From: the human T2T-CHM13v2.0 reference genome, Homo sapiens
NCBI RefSeq assembly: GCF_009914755.1
Contig: NC_060929.1
Strand: one strand, 5' to 3'
DNA length: 64,000 nt
Shown: one piece after another, positions 41,961 through 57,172 of the stretch
Layout: each line of letters starts with the position of its first letter
How positions within the stretch are numbered: the first letter of the stretch is position 1
Made by a program: the position numbers and the translations under genes
Notes under the pieces: model-generated
What the model saw: only the letters and a program-made list of their open reading frames with translations
Database searches by the model: none
What the model was told of the DNA's origin: nothing

Positions 41961-43166
41961 CAAGATGCACCATACTACCAATCTGCAGTCTGTGTTCTAT
42001 TTTGGATTGAAGTCCCAGTGCTTACACTAACTGGCAGTACAAACTCTTAATATAAATTTAGAATCTTTTCTGAGCCCCCTCTTTGAAGATGAGGAATCTG
42101 AGATTTAGTGGTTAGACACGTTTTGCAAAGTCTTTCAGCTAGTTAATTGTAGAAGCAATATTAGAACCTAATTCTCCTGAGTCCCAATTACATTACCTTT
42201 AAACAATTTTCATCATACCATTAATAATAAATGCAGTTGAGATGAAAGCAAAGAGGCTCTTGTGCAGAGAAGTCAGCATAAGTAAGTATATATGTGTATA
42301 TGTGTCATTCATTATCCTGAGTCAGTGACTTGTAACAACCAAACTGACTAAATTTCATAGATAAGTTCAGTCAAGTCTCAACATACATTTATTTTTGGCA
42401 AACTTAACTCTAGAAGCTCAGCAGAGATTAAGAGAAGGAAAGAGAACGGGAAGAGTTTAAATAATGCAGGCAATCTCACCAGTCCCTCGACTCAAACATA
42501 TGGCCTGAGGCAGCCCAACATGGAAGCCTCGATCTGCCATTCCTCCGTTGGTAGTAAGTTCTCTTGTGTTTCCCATGGAGTGAGCATCTCACTGTGCTGA
42601 GTGTTTAGTGTTTAAAGATACATATTTTTCATACAACATTGCCCCTGAATGCAAGCCAACTCACCACTTCATCTGGTGCTCAACTGAAGAGAGAGCAATC
42701 TGTTCCAAAATTGGAGCAAATGTAGTCTGTGTTGGATATTCTGAGAGTTAGTTTTATGATACCCAATGTAGTGCCTTCTGAGGGGCATTGAAAGGTGATT
42801 TTCAACTATGTATTCTGTTTGCTTTGGAAGCTGACTTGAGAAACCAGTCCCCTGTTGAGATATGACATCCTTGAATTGATTTCTGCCATGTAAATTCAAT
42901 GTACTATTTGCTTGCTCCTCTGACATTAGCATGGCCAAACACCACACACTTTAATTGCAATTAGTGACTTTGTAACCTTGACTCAAACTGTGTTATTAGA
43001 ATACATGCCTGGGTGATGAACAATATTTAAAATTCCTGTCATATTGGAGAACAAATAATACCAAAGTGGCAATTTTTTTGAATGAAAATAGTTAGGATTC
43101 CTCTAATAATGAGGACCAAGGATGAGTATTCCTTCAAAGACATGAGGTGTTTAGACTTCAAAGACT

Positions 43167-43693
<527 letters not shown>

Positions 43694-44580
43694 TTAGCTC
43701 TACCATTGATAGCTGTGTAGCACCTGGCATGTCAATTACACTATGTGGGATCTGATTTTATTACTTAAAACATGTGTAGGCAGTAACAGTGATCTCAAAA
43801 GTTGCTTCCGGATTTTACATTATTTCGGTCTATTAAATATGTTTCCCTTTCTTGTATGCACAAGGACAAGAGAAAATAGCTCTCTAGAATCTGTTTGCAC
43901 ACCTGCCACTTGGTAGATCAGAAGGCAAGAACCGAATTGGAACTATAATTTGGCTCATTCCCAAATTAGAAGTTTGATGCTGTCTTAACATTCTCCTATA
44001 GGATTCTTCCTTCCTATTGCAGGTGCAGTTACCCATTAGATTCAGCTTTATTTTCTATACCCAGCATTCAAAGTGTAAGAAACCCCAGTGCATGTTTCAC
44101 TTTCCTCCCACTGCAGCGTCGATTCAATGATTTTGTGATTTGCTGATGGCTCATGGTTCTTCTGGATTTTGGATATCAGGCTAATAATGCTGTATTATTT
44201 TGATGCCACCAAAATCCTGTTACCTGGGAAATCCTATCCACTTCGATCTGGTTCTTCTAAGAATCTGTGACCAAGAAGAATTGATATTTCTTCAAAGACT
44301 GAGAGTTAAAAACAAACAAAAACACAAAAAACTCTATGATCTTAAGCTTGCCTTTTCTTCTCAGCAACCAAGAGTATCACTGAAAAAATCCGGTTCCAGC
44401 CAAAGCAAAATATAGCCCCGTAACACACTATCAGCTTTTGAGTTAAGCAATAAAAGCGTCAGCAAGGAAAATACTAAGCTAAGACGACTCAAACACTAGT
44501 GAATGGGGAAGAAAAAAAAAGACATCAATGGTTGAAAATATTGCAAAGGAGTACAGAGCTTCCAATTAAAGAAATGTACC

Positions 44581-44883
44581 AGCTGGGCACGGTGGCTCAT
44601 ACCTGTAATCCTATCACTTTGGGAGGCCGAGGCGGGTGGATTGCCTGAGCTCAGTAGTTCGAGACCAGCCTGGGCAACAAGGTGAAACCCCATCTCTACT
44701 AAAATACAAAAAAATTAGTCGGGTGTGGCGGTGTGCTCCTGTAATCCCAGCTACTTGGAGGTTGAGGCAGGAGAATTGCACTGGGGAGGCGAAGTTTGCA
44801 GTGAGCCAAGATCACGCCACTGCATCCAGCCTGGGTGACAGAGCGAGACTCCATCTCAAAAAAAAAAAAGAAAAAAGAAAAAG
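44581..44883 (+). mobile_element. AluS
   Basis: Full dimer. TSD AAAGAAATGTACC (44568-44580 / 44884-44896). Confidence 0.95.
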
Positions 44884-46039
44884 AAAGAAATGTACCCCTT
44901 CCTCAGCTTTTGAGGAGTTCTTGAAAGAGGCGAGTGTTATCTAATTGAAAGAGATTGGATGTTTGGGAAGGGAAAAAGACAGAAAATATAGCTCATTCTA
45001 GTGAAAGAATAAATTCAAAGTTTCCTGAACCTTGTCTGAACCATTAATAGAGTGGCTTCTTCCTCTCAGGGCCAAACACAGATGTGACTTCTGAGGTCAT
45101 AGAGCGATGTGTTCTTCAGATGTCTTCCTCACCAGCTTGTGAGCCCTTCACTTGCGAGGGCTAAAAGTAGGTATTTACTACATGTTTTATTTTATTTAAC
45201 ATGCTTTTAGAATGTCTCTGCTTTCAGTGTTCTTATCTTGGAGAAATCCTGCTTAGTTTTCTGGGCCATGAAGTCACAAAAGTAGGAAGGAAGAGAAGTG
45301 AAGTTCAAGGTCCACTTTCAGGAGTATATTTATGTATATGAGAGTAATTTGTAAATGGAAAATCTTACATGGACAGGAGTGGTGATTACCAGGGAGGCTG
45401 AGGAAACTTAACAGAATGATACACAGCTAGAATATAAGCAAAATCTAAGCAATTCCAAGTTAGACAGGAAGCATAATAAGAGTTCTGAGAAAGGGAAGGT
45501 GACTGTGGGCTGGAGCCTCGTGTCGTGTTCAGCTGCCAGAGTCATGTTTAGAAAAGCACACCCTACAGAACACTCTAGCTGAGTTTGTGGTGTGGGAAGT
45601 TAAAGAGCGCTCCTACATTTGTATTTTTCTTTTCCTTTCATTTTAACAGAGCCACAAGCCATGTAGCCTGAAGAAGCCATCTCTGCTCTTTGGCCATTGG
45701 CATCCGGAGGCGAAAAGGCAGGATCTGTGGAAAAGTCTGTACTCATTCGCTGTACTTAAAAGCCCCGATGCTCCATGATAACTAATTTATCAGAAGGTAC
45801 CCTCACTGTTCAATTTGTAACAGTATCAAACACGAAGTACAAGTGATAATCTAGGGACAAAGGATGGATATGGTGATAAAAGAATAGTAGGTCATAAAGA
45901 AATATTCAGTTGATTGGATTAAAAAGAAAGCCAAAGAATGTTTCTGAAATACAGAGAGGATTCAGATGGCATGTATTCTTTCAGCTGGTCCACATTTAGC
46001 CTCTGAAGAGAAGGCAGTGGGAGATTTTGCTGAAGTTTA

Positions 46040-46240
46040 CTCTGGGACAGGCATATTGCTAAGTCCTTCTTATGGCTTGTCTCACTCAACTCTCATAGCA
46101 AGGCTATATATTTCGGAGGATTATTGGACTCACCTTTGAAGATGTGAAAATTACTCACAAAGTAGTTACATAAGTCTGCCAATAAGTGCTGGAACCAACA
46201 CAAAAACCTGGACAGTCTGAGTTTAAGGCCTACATTTTCG
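46040..46240 (-). mobile_element. MIR fragment
   Basis: CTGGGACAGGCATATTGCTAAG...CTCATAGCAAG...CAGTCTGAGTTTAAGGCC. Confidence 0.55.
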
Positions 46241-47099
46241 GGCGCTGTTCATGGTGATAGCTATCTCTTATTATGCAGTTATTATGCTGGATGATTTAAA
46301 ACTAACATCTCTTTCCAAAAACTAAAACTAAGGGAAGTTGCATGACTTGCCTAATACCACACAGCTATTAAGTAGTTGAGAAATAAAAAAATTGTTTTCT
46401 TCAAAGCCACATTTTTTTTAAACTAGGAAATGAGGGAATATAGAACAAAAAACAAATCTTGACTCTTTTCTTGTAGAAACTTATAGTCTTGAAGAATACA
46501 AAAAATAAGAGACAGAAATAGCAAAAATGAAATTAAAATCCTGGATCAAGTTAACAGTTGACTGCTATGGGCCAGGAGGAATGAGAGAGAGTGACAAGGC
46601 TGGGTGGCCTGAAAGCTCTTAGGGGAATGGGGTTAGTTCTCAAATTTGCAGAAAGACTTGTCAGTTTCTCCTTTTAATTATCTTCCCATCTATCTGTTTC
46701 CCCTCCCTAGATCTTGAAATAAACCTCTTGTCTATTTTCAGCTGAATGGTACCATGGAGACAGGCCTGGTGTCCAGGAAGTAGAGATTCAAGCAATCTGT
46801 CCTGGAGTGCCTCATGACTCCTGTTCCAGGGCCAGGGGCAGAGCCTAGCATGTGTGTGGTAGGAGGTGGCTGTGCTGCTCTGTGGGCTGCAGAGGAAGGT
46901 CTCAGAGAGGTGTATTAGAAACTGGAAGTGAAGATTGCCAATTATTGACATTTCACCTAGGAAAGCTGTGGCAATAAACATTTGCAGAGAAATAAAGCCA
47001 GTGAAGTTGTGTATAGAAAGTGGGCCAAGGAGATGCTCATTAAAAAAAAGGCAAAAGCATGTCTATTATATACTTTCATATATTTCTGAGTGTCATAGA

Positions 47100-47295
47100 G
47101 AAAATGCTAATAGCTGCTTTGTATGGAGTGTATGCTACGTACCAGATGCTATGCATTCCTGATCTCTATTTACAGGGGTTCCTTTCTAACAGGGGGTCAA
47201 AATGAAGGGTTGAAAGAGGTTAAAGGAATATCACACATCTTTGAGTCCAGGTTGGTTTGGATCTAAAGCCTGTGCTTTTTAACTTAACACTCTAC
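47100..47295 (-). mobile_element. MIR fragment
   Basis: GCTAATAGCTG...GCTACGTACCAGATGCTATGC...TTTGGATCTAAAGCCTGTGCTTTTAAC. Confidence 0.6.
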
Positions 47296-48099
47296 TGTTC
47301 TGCAAGTGATCAGAAACCCTATGCCACGGATAAGCCACAATTTCAGACCTTTCTGTCATATCTAGGAGCAGGTTTGTGTTGTGGTTTCTGTATTTGTGTG
47401 TGGGAAACTAGCAAGAAGAGGGGGTTATGTATGTTGAGACTGGGTCTCCTGGCAAGCACAGTGGTGGAAGTGTTTGCTTCTTCTGAGGCAGCCTCCATGA
47501 AACTTCTAATCCCTACTTCTGTCACTTTTGATCTGAGTGGTGGGCAACATCTCCCATAGAGTGTTCACAGAATAGCCAATGGCATGGCTGGCCATGTCTC
47601 TTAAGTGCACTTGTTCCTGGTTAAATGGCAGCCCAGTATGTTTCCCAGAAATTATGTATGCTTATAATAAATCATTTTCTGTTTGAACAAGCCTGAGTGG
47701 ATTCTGTGGTCTGTAAAAGTCCCTGTAATTTATATTACATCATTTGACAAACAAGGAAACTGAGGCTTAGGGATGATGTGACTTGCCTACATATTCCTTC
47801 CCTCTGCCATATTCTTTTTCCATAAGTAGCCAGATTTTCTTGTAAAGTTCTTCTATGGGTAGGGTTTATCTGTAAGAAATGTGAGCTTAGACTGTTTACC
47901 TGGCTTTTACCCTCAGTGATGATTACATGGCATTATTTCAGGTAATATATGGAATTTTTTTTAACCTAACTTTAAAAGAACAGGATTTCCTAAAAATACC
48001 CTTCGCAAGAGGCAATCTATGGTGCAGTCAAATGAAGGCCATGTGGATATGTGTTGGTTTTACCTACTGGGCAGCCTTTCTCCCATTTCTGGTAAGCGT

Positions 48100-48631
48100 C
48101 TCCTGTTTTTCCTTGAGGGAACTCTTATTCTGCAGGCCACGTGATTCTGATGGGGCTGAATCATAAAGGCCCCCTGACAGGGGCCAGCATGTGACTGAGA
48201 GCGGCCAATCAGTGTGCTAGTGTGGTCTGGGGGAGGGCACATGTCAGGTCAACTAGAGTCCATTTCGGATGTTTAGTTTGACTTTTGAGAGTGGGAGAGC
48301 TGCATTATACCTTTGACTGAAGCATGGAAGCTTGAAATGTCAAGAGGTCATCTTGTCACCAAATGGGACAAACTTTCCTGAGAATAAAATTTAAAAAGAA
48401 TGAAAGAGTTGATAACTGAGAGAGAGAACCAGATGAAGAAAAACAACTGGAGAAGGAGAGACAGAGAGATGGGCAGAAAGAGAGTGATAGACAGAAAAAG
48501 GCGGAAAGAGACAAAAGGAAGACAGAACCACAAGCAGAGAAAGAGGAGAAACCCTAGGCACATATGCATACAGATTACACAGAAACAGACACATAGAAAG
48601 ACAGAGGCACAACACTCACTGACACATATAG

Positions 48632-48664
<33 letters not shown>

Positions 48665-48845
48665 AAGATATACATGGAGAGAGACTCCATTGAGTCAGAG
48701 GGACTCAATGCCACCATCTCTTAATGGTATCGTTAGAATTCCTAGAACCATCTGAGCCCAAAACTATATCTGTTCATTGGATTTCCTGGCTCTAAGAGCT
48801 AACAAACTTCTCTTTTCCTTAAGCCCATTTAGGTTGGAGTCCTGA
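48100..48845 (+). mobile_element. Old MLT1 (K/L-like) LTR with internal GA/CA simple repeats
   Basis: GCATGTGACTGAGAGCGGCCAATCAG ... CTCTTTTCCTTAAGCCCATTTAGGTTGG. (CA)n at about 48637-48664. Confidence 0.6.
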
Positions 48846-48849
48846 AGTG

Positions 48850-49030
48850 TACAGACTATGAATCTGGTGTTTCTCACTCCAGTTGGTCACTCAGCCAACT
48901 CTGTGACCTCAATTTATCTCAGATCCCTTAGTTTTCTCACCTTTAAAAAGGCAGCAATGACAACTGCTTTACCTGCCTCCAATGTTGTGAGAGCTGATGT
49001 GATAAGACTATAAAATGGTTTTGAAAGTAA
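48850..49030 (+). mobile_element. MIR
   Basis: CTGTGACCTC...CCCTTAGTTTTCTCACCTTTAAAA...TTACCTGCCTCCAATGTTGTGAG. Confidence 0.65.
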
Positions 49031-49689
49031 AAAACAAAAAAGCTGCATAGATATATGGACATAATCATTAATAATCTATCCTGAAAAATTGTCATGGTAG
49101 GAATTTGGTGGTTGTGGTGGTGGTAGTAGTGGTAGTTTTTTTTAAATGCTGCAGTTTTCACAGTGGATAAGGCTGTAAAACAGCTAATCCACACAGACGA
49201 TGCTTTTTGAGGTAACAGAATCAGCTATTAGAAGATGTCAAACACTTGGGGAGCTGATGCATCTAAAGGGAAGGAATTGCTTTCAACGGAGATGATTGCT
49301 AGTTTTAAGGACACTTTGAGGAAATGGCCCAGAAAATTAGCATGATCACCTGCTGCAAAGTGGTTCTTACTTCTTCATTTGCTTCCAGATGAAAGAAAAT
49401 GGGGGAAGGACACATTACCCTGATTTTTATTTTTACTGATTTTGCAGAGTTAAGTGTTTGGTTAAAAAGAAGAAAAATGTTTCTCTGACTTTATCCTTAT
49501 GCCTCTCTCACAGAAGATGTTTTGCTTGTTATGTGTTGGTTTTGTCATTGGTTTCCTTTAGCCACAATACGGCTATAACCTCTCCCTGTGGTGAAGAACT
49601 AATAGATACATGGCAGTTATGATCAATAGGTTGCGTCCTAAAACCACACTGAAATATTCTGGAAGAAACCACCTCAAATGTATTAATTG

Positions 49690-50100
49690 AAAGAGCATAT
49701 CTAACACATATTGAGTGCAGGACAATGAAATAGATGTTTCATGTCATGTTTGTCCTTTAGTACTCACATGGGGGATAGGTATCGAACCACATCTTACAGA
49801 TGGATGCAGCGAGGTGCAGAACATTTAGATGAGAGGCTCCCAAATCTGGTTGCCCACCAGCATCATCTGGGGTGCTTATTTTAAAGACAGCTTCTTGGAT
49901 TAAGAAGAGATTCTGAGATGAACAGAAATCCTGTTTCAGGAGCTTTGAGGGAGGGCCTATGAGGGTTCGGTCAGCTTCCCAGGTGATTTTGATGTGTGAC
50001 CAGGTTTGGATAACATCTTGTTAAATGACATGGCTAAGACTTTACAGCTGGTTGATGGGACCAGTACCTAATTTAGGTCTAAGTCCAAATTTCACTTTCT
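49690..50100 (-). mobile_element. MIR interrupted by a MER5-type element (about 49832-50020)
   Basis: ATCTTACAGATGGATGCAGCGAGG...; inner GGCTCCCAAATCTGGTTGC...CATCTGGGGTGCTT...CCCAGGTGATTTTGATG. Confidence 0.6.
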
Positions 50101-52486
50101 TTTTGTTTAATCATTTTTATTGATAATCTTTCCAGGTAACTTAAAACAAAACAAACTGCTACAGACGTCCTTTGCATTGCTCCCCATACTGGAAACATTC
50201 CATCATGAGATATGAAATCACAATCCCCATTGAGTCTACACTTTTGGCCAAATGGGAAGGAATAATATTTTCCTTCTGATAATGATCTTGTCTACATTAC
50301 ACCTAACAGGGCAAATTAGATGCTCACTGTCCCATGTCAGGCTTGGCAAGTGACATTGGACTGGTTATCTGCTTGCTGGATAAATTAAGAGAATAAAACA
50401 CATTCACTAGAGTGTGGAAGGTCAGTTCTCCTTAATAAAGGGTTTGTGGCTATGTGAAATTGGAAAAGAAATGATGTATTCTGAAGCTATTTTCATTCCA
50501 TTAACTTAAGTCAAAAAGAATAAAGGCAAATGCAGTTTCAAAGATTAGCTTCCAAATCTGATGTGCATTGAAGGGGAATAACTGACTTTTTCTACTGTCT
50601 CCACTGTCCTTTCCTCCTCGGTTTAGAAACTTGGAATGAACATTCACAAATGCTGGGAGGATACATGTACTTTGTATGTTTCTCTACTATAGGACATACA
50701 TTTCCTGAGTTCAGGGTCTGCAAATTTACTCATCCTTAGGGTAGGAATCACTTCTGCTTCCTTCTCTGAGGCCACGAAGGCCCTCCACCATCTGTCTCTG
50801 CTAGGACAATGAATATGGGACCCCGATGCCTTCTGACCTTTAATTCAGGGCTGGTGGTAAGCTTACTTTAATTCAGTGCAATCAGTTTTCTTCAGTTGGT
50901 CTGTATTATGGCTTGGGACATTCTCTTCCAGCAATTTTTGGCTTTCTCGGAGTATCAAGATAACTAAGAAAAGACAAAGTAATTTCAACTAGAGAAAGCA
51001 AAGTGATATCTCCAGCCCTTCTCAAAAGAGTATACATTGTTTCTGGTATACATAGACTACAGAGTCACTTCCAGAGTGTTTATGTTTTTGAGAATGATAT
51101 ATATGTGTGTTATATATACATACATAATCTTTCTAGTATTCACAGTAAATAGCACTTTGGAATTATTCCAAGTATTCTCAGATATTCTGAAACAAAGATT
51201 GGCATTTCGCTGTTAAAGAGCCCAGGTTGTCCATTTTTTTAATAGAAGAAGTAAATCGGGGTCCCCATTTTAGCCATAAAGAGTTAAAGGTGAAAGAGTA
51301 GGAGTGATGAACAGGAATGTCCTCAAAATGCACAGATTGAATTTTGAACCATCTGCATGCAAGTACCAAATTTCCAGTGGTAGATGGGTCCTGCGTGGGC
51401 TGGGGGAGTGCAGCATTATAAAGTTTGCTGTTTATTCAGATAAATTGTTTCACTCTGTTTTAATAGTATGCCTCCATTACGTTAACACATATTAATAGTC
51501 TTTGTCACAGAGACAAAACTGTGCTTTTAAGCCAGCCAGTGTACTCACCTTCTGGGGAGTACACTCTCCATAAAAATGAGCATTCCAATGGTTATTGCCA
51601 TGAAAACTCTCTCTTAACTCCCTTGAATTCCCCTGCCGTCACATTTTGCATTTTGTCCCAGCCTTCATGAGAATATTCTTCCATTTCTGGCCACCTGAAT
51701 TGGGCAGACTCTGTTTTGTCAGGCAGCTCCTCTCTCCTATACACCATGCACTTAAAATCTGTTTTTTTTCCATAGTAGGTTATTCTGGAAAACCACCTTG
51801 TTCACTCCAACCCCAGCCTCTGGGATGCTTCCACCTGTATCAGAAGACTTAGTTGGCATCCCTTTGTCCTTGCTCAGTTCCACATGATAAGCATCATTTA
51901 GCTCCCTTTTCTACTAGTTCACCAGATAACTAGATCTCATCCATTTAATTTGCATTGTAGCAGATGTCTGCTAGAAGTGAATTTAAAATAAAAGGTAGTA
52001 GCATTATGTCTCTGATGTCAAGATCTAAAATCATCAAACCCATGACTGTCTGTCTAGCACAGCCCCTGCTAACTCTGTTCTTATCTCCACCCTCAGAGAG
52101 AGAGAGATACTCAGAAATTAATTCAGGAAAATATTCACTCAATAATTTCCAGGCTCTAGTTCCAATTTCTTTGTATTTTACACATCTGCTGAACTGACCT
52201 AGAACAAATGTGACCCACTAACATGTTGTTTGTCTAGATTGGTGACTGGCCTAAATGTTCTCTTCAGCATCACCCTGTTTCTTCTTGGCCTTCCAACTTG
52301 AGAGGAAGAGTTCCTGTAGACTTCTGGACTCTAACTTCACAGACCAAAAGAATTAAACATTATCAAAAGAGAGAGAACCACCTTTAGTTCAATTTACAAT
52401 CTCTTTAATCTTCTCCATTTCTTCCATTTTGTTCTTAAAGCTTATAGGAACATCTCCTCTTCCTTGAAGGAGAAATGAGGTGTGAT

Positions 52487-52488
<2 letters not shown>

Positions 52489-52523
<35 letters not shown>
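52489..52523. repeat. (GT)n(GC)n alternating purine-pyrimidine tract
   Basis: Direct read; followed by a G-run. Confidence 0.9.
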
Positions 52524-52526
<3 letters not shown>

Positions 52527-53043
52527 TGGGTGGGGGGGGGTCTCCCTTGAGGTTAGAATGTGCTGCCAACAATAGCCCCAGGGGATAACTGATGAAAAGA
52601 GATCTGGATAGTGAAGGTGTGGGGAAATCAGCCATTCTCAAGTGTGGCAGGCTAAAGGACAAATCGGTAAAGCCATGCCTTAGGATAATCTGTTCATATT
52701 TATCAATCAACTTAAAATACATATATTTTCTTCTTTAAGAAACAATAAGAAATGTAGAAAAGGATTTGTGCACAATGATCTGAATCTCAGCATCCTTTAT
52801 TCCAATAAAAAAATCTCAGGTATTTCTTAGGTGTGTAATGAAATATCCAGACAAGATTCTGTTCTTCAGGAATAGAATTTTTAATGATGAGGAAATGAGT
52901 ATGCTAAGTGAAAAGGATAGATATAAAATTATGCAAATATAATACCACTTCTACCAAAAGTGAAATATTGAAAAAGGTAGCACAGAGATGTTAATTGGGT
53001 TTTGGGTGATTTTTTTCCTTTTTCTTTATATTTTCTGTATTTG

Positions 53044-53045
<2 letters not shown>

Positions 53046-53079
<34 letters not shown>
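53046..53079. repeat. (AC)~17 microsatellite
   Basis: Direct read. Confidence 0.95.
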
Positions 53080-53081
<2 letters not shown>

Positions 53082-55735
53082 CTCCCATACAATAACCACT
53101 AGGACAAAAGGAAAAATAAAACATCAGGTTGATTAGACTTACCAAGGCAAACTTTCAGTTTCAAGCTCCCTGCAAACAGTGGAAGTCAACCCTGACATAC
53201 TAAAACAAAAGGATTTATTGGAAAAATACTTGGGGCTTCTAGAATGGTGAGAAGCCTGAGGATAAGGCTGGAGAAAGACAAGTAGGCCACATTGAACATT
53301 TGTGGGGCCAGGATAAGAGTACAAGGGGTGGCTCATATACTATATGTTTAAATATTTATGAGTTATAAATCAAACTAATAAGCTATTAAATAAAAAATGT
53401 TCTATCCTTTACCCTTGCCAAATATGTATTCATAACAACAGAAAAGATGTGCTAAGCAACAGTTACTTCCAAATAACTGTGACTAGCATGCACATTTGCC
53501 CTGGGGCTATGCAGACACAGCAAAGGAATAAAGAGAGAGGAAAAAGAAGAATTCTCTCTGGCTCGCTGGATGCTTTCTTAGTCTCTTGATGGCTCAGGAA
53601 ATCCATAAAAGAAGCTCCCCATTTTTATCTCTGTTGGAGGTATTCTGGGAGGCTCTTCATTCTTATGTTCAGCTGCTCACCCACCAATCACCCCTTTTCC
53701 TCCCATTCTGAGCACTTATTTCATAAGCCACAAACTTTCTCTTTATCCTTCATAGTCCAAATTATGCAACCTCTGTTCACAGAGTGCCCTGACCCCCACC
53801 TCAGCCCCTGCTGGCATTACGCTTTCATACTTTGCAAAGGAACCTCTACCCTCCCCTTTTCTCACCACTCGTGGCCCCAGGAAGGGCCTAGCCAGACCAA
53901 ATATGGACACCCCAGACCAAGTTTTAGCCACACTCTCCTGCCTGCTTGCAATGAGCCACACTTTGGCCAACCCTAGGTCCTAGGAGTTTGCACACCTAGG
54001 GCAGGGTGGTCTACCCTCAGGATTATAAATATGGTGACCCACTGAATGTAGGCTGGGACCAGTTGGGCAGATAATTCTAGGGCCCTCAGTATCCAGAATA
54101 GGATGAGGGGCCTCAGGGTAAGCACATCTCCTTGGACCTGTTAGAACAAGAAACGAAGTCCTGGAGGACCAAGAATAGCCAGAAAAGCCTATTCAGGAAA
54201 GGTCTGCCATTGTTGCTGCTGCCTCTGCTGCTGGTAGTAGTTCAAGATTCAAGATTCAAGGTCCAGGGAGAAGCCCTCTGACTGGCCATACTTGGGTCTC
54301 CTGACTGCCCCTAGAGGACCAGATAGCAGTTAGAAGCAATATCATGCTACCATAGTTGAGAGGGAGAGGGGAAACTGGAAATTCTTATGCCAAGACAAGA
54401 TGCAATGGAAGAGGAATTCTCCAAATGAATATGAGAATGTTAGGAGGGAGAAGGGACACTATGGAATCACCTGGAAGGAAGCAAGGCCATTTATCTGTAA
54501 AATAACTTACCTGTGCAAGACAGAGATACAGGCACTACCTTTCTCTGAGAAGACTAATTCAGTAACAGTATAGAGGAGTAAAGTAGAGATGGGAAGATGA
54601 GTTAAGAACTCTCTCTACCTTGGTGTGAACATTAGTGGCCACCTCTGAGACAAGTAGTCATTTAAGATAATGTCCTCAGATTGCGCTGAGTGTGCTTGAA
54701 CTCCAGGTAATTCCTTCCAAGCTCTGTGGGTTACAGAGTGACTGCTCCTGCCCACCCGGGTAGGGGGTATGTGATGCTGAGTGAGGCAGGTAGCTCTCTG
54801 TTTGCCCCCACCATGAAATGCATTTGAAGACACAGAGGCAGACATACAGTCTTGTGTCTGGAAGAATGGCCCCTGGGTTGAGGTAACCACATTGAGCCCA
54901 CTATGTCTCAGAACACTTCTCTGTGAGAGATTAAATGGCTCCCTCATGGAATATTTATGTCACATGCACACAGAATGTGAAGGGACCTAGTAACACACAT
55001 AAAAAGTAAAAGAATTTATGATCTCAAAATATAAATGTGAATAAATGCAGAAAGCAGGCTGGGGGAAGAACCCCTTGTTTCATACCTCAACTTGTGAGTT
55101 TAATGCCTAGATCATGGTTAAGTGCTTTTGAAAATTGTAAAGATGATCTCTGGGATTTGTGATTACAAACTGTCTCCCACATGACCCATTATTTCAGAAG
55201 CTCTAATTCAAGTGTACAAACGCCTGTGTTTCTAGGCTGAATGATTCATGGGATTGGCTATATATTTTCTCTTTCGAAGGTTAAAGCAATGGTGATGTCT
55301 TGTACCTTATTAATTTCCTCTGTTCTCTTATTTTCTCTTTGTCTTTCCATGCAAGGCTTCTCTCTCTCCTCTGCCCTCCAGCTGTGCTCTTGCTTTAAAG
55401 TAGCCATCTCTCAGATGTTGCCATTTCTGTCAGTGGGGCAATCATGGTTCTTTTTGTTCAGAATTAATACCTGGATGACATCATCTACCCGCCCTCTTTC
55501 CTCATATCTAGTCTTTCATAATTTCTGTCCTCCCTGTCAATGTTGCCTGCATGGCAACTCACATATGCCTACCATCCCTTCATTCATTCCCATGGTCACC
55601 ATCCAGTTTCTATGCTTTCCCCCCTTACATCTATATTATGTCCAATGTCTCTTTTTAAAATTTTTTCTCCTTTCACTCACTCTTACATACTGTTATAAGA
55701 TTAGTATATTGTTGCATAAAAAATGATAAAGTGGG

Positions 55736-56131
<396 letters not shown>

Positions 56132-56953
56132 CTAGAAAATCTAGAAGAAATGGATAAATTCCTGGACACATACACTCTCCCAATACTAAAGCAGGAAGAA
56201 GTTGAATCCCTGACTAGACAAATAATAAGTGCTGAAATTGAGGCAGTAATTAATAACCTAACAACCAAAAAAAGCCCAGGACCAGATGGATTCATAGGCG
56301 AATTCTACCAGCAATACAAAGAGTAGTTGGTACCATTCCTTCTGAAACTATTCAAAACCATAGAAAAAGAAGGACTCCTTTCTAACTCATCTTATGAGGC
56401 CAGTATCATCCTGATAACAAAACCTGGCAGAGGCACAACAAAAAAAGAAAATTTCAGGCCAATATCCCTGATGAACATCAATGCGAAAATCCTTAATAAA
56501 ACCCTGGCAAACCAAATCCAGCAGCACATCAAAAAGCTTATCCCCCACGATCAAGTCAGCTTCATCCCTGGGATGCAAGGCTGGTTCAGCATACACAAAG
56601 CAATAAACAATCCATCACATAAACACAACTAATGACAAAAGCCGCATGGTTATCTCAATAGATGCAGAAAAGCCTCCGATAAAATTCAACACCGCTTCAT
56701 GCTAAAGACACTCAATAAACTAGTTATTGATGGAATACATCTCAAAATAGTAAGAGCTATTTATGACAAACTCACAGTCAATATCATACTGAATGGGCAA
56801 AAGCTGGAAGCATTCCCTTTGAAAACCACCACAAGACAAGGATGCCCTCTGTCACCACTTCTATTCAACATAGTATTGGAAGTTCTGGCCAGGGAAATCA
56901 GGCAAGAGAAAGAAATACAGGGTATTCAGATAGGAAGAGAGGAAGTAAAATGA

Positions 56954-57172
<219 letters not shown>

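Noticed and set aside
55241-55726. 161-aa hydrophobic ORF
   Set aside because: Pyrimidine-rich, probably L2-derived sequence with no recognisable domain or splice structure.
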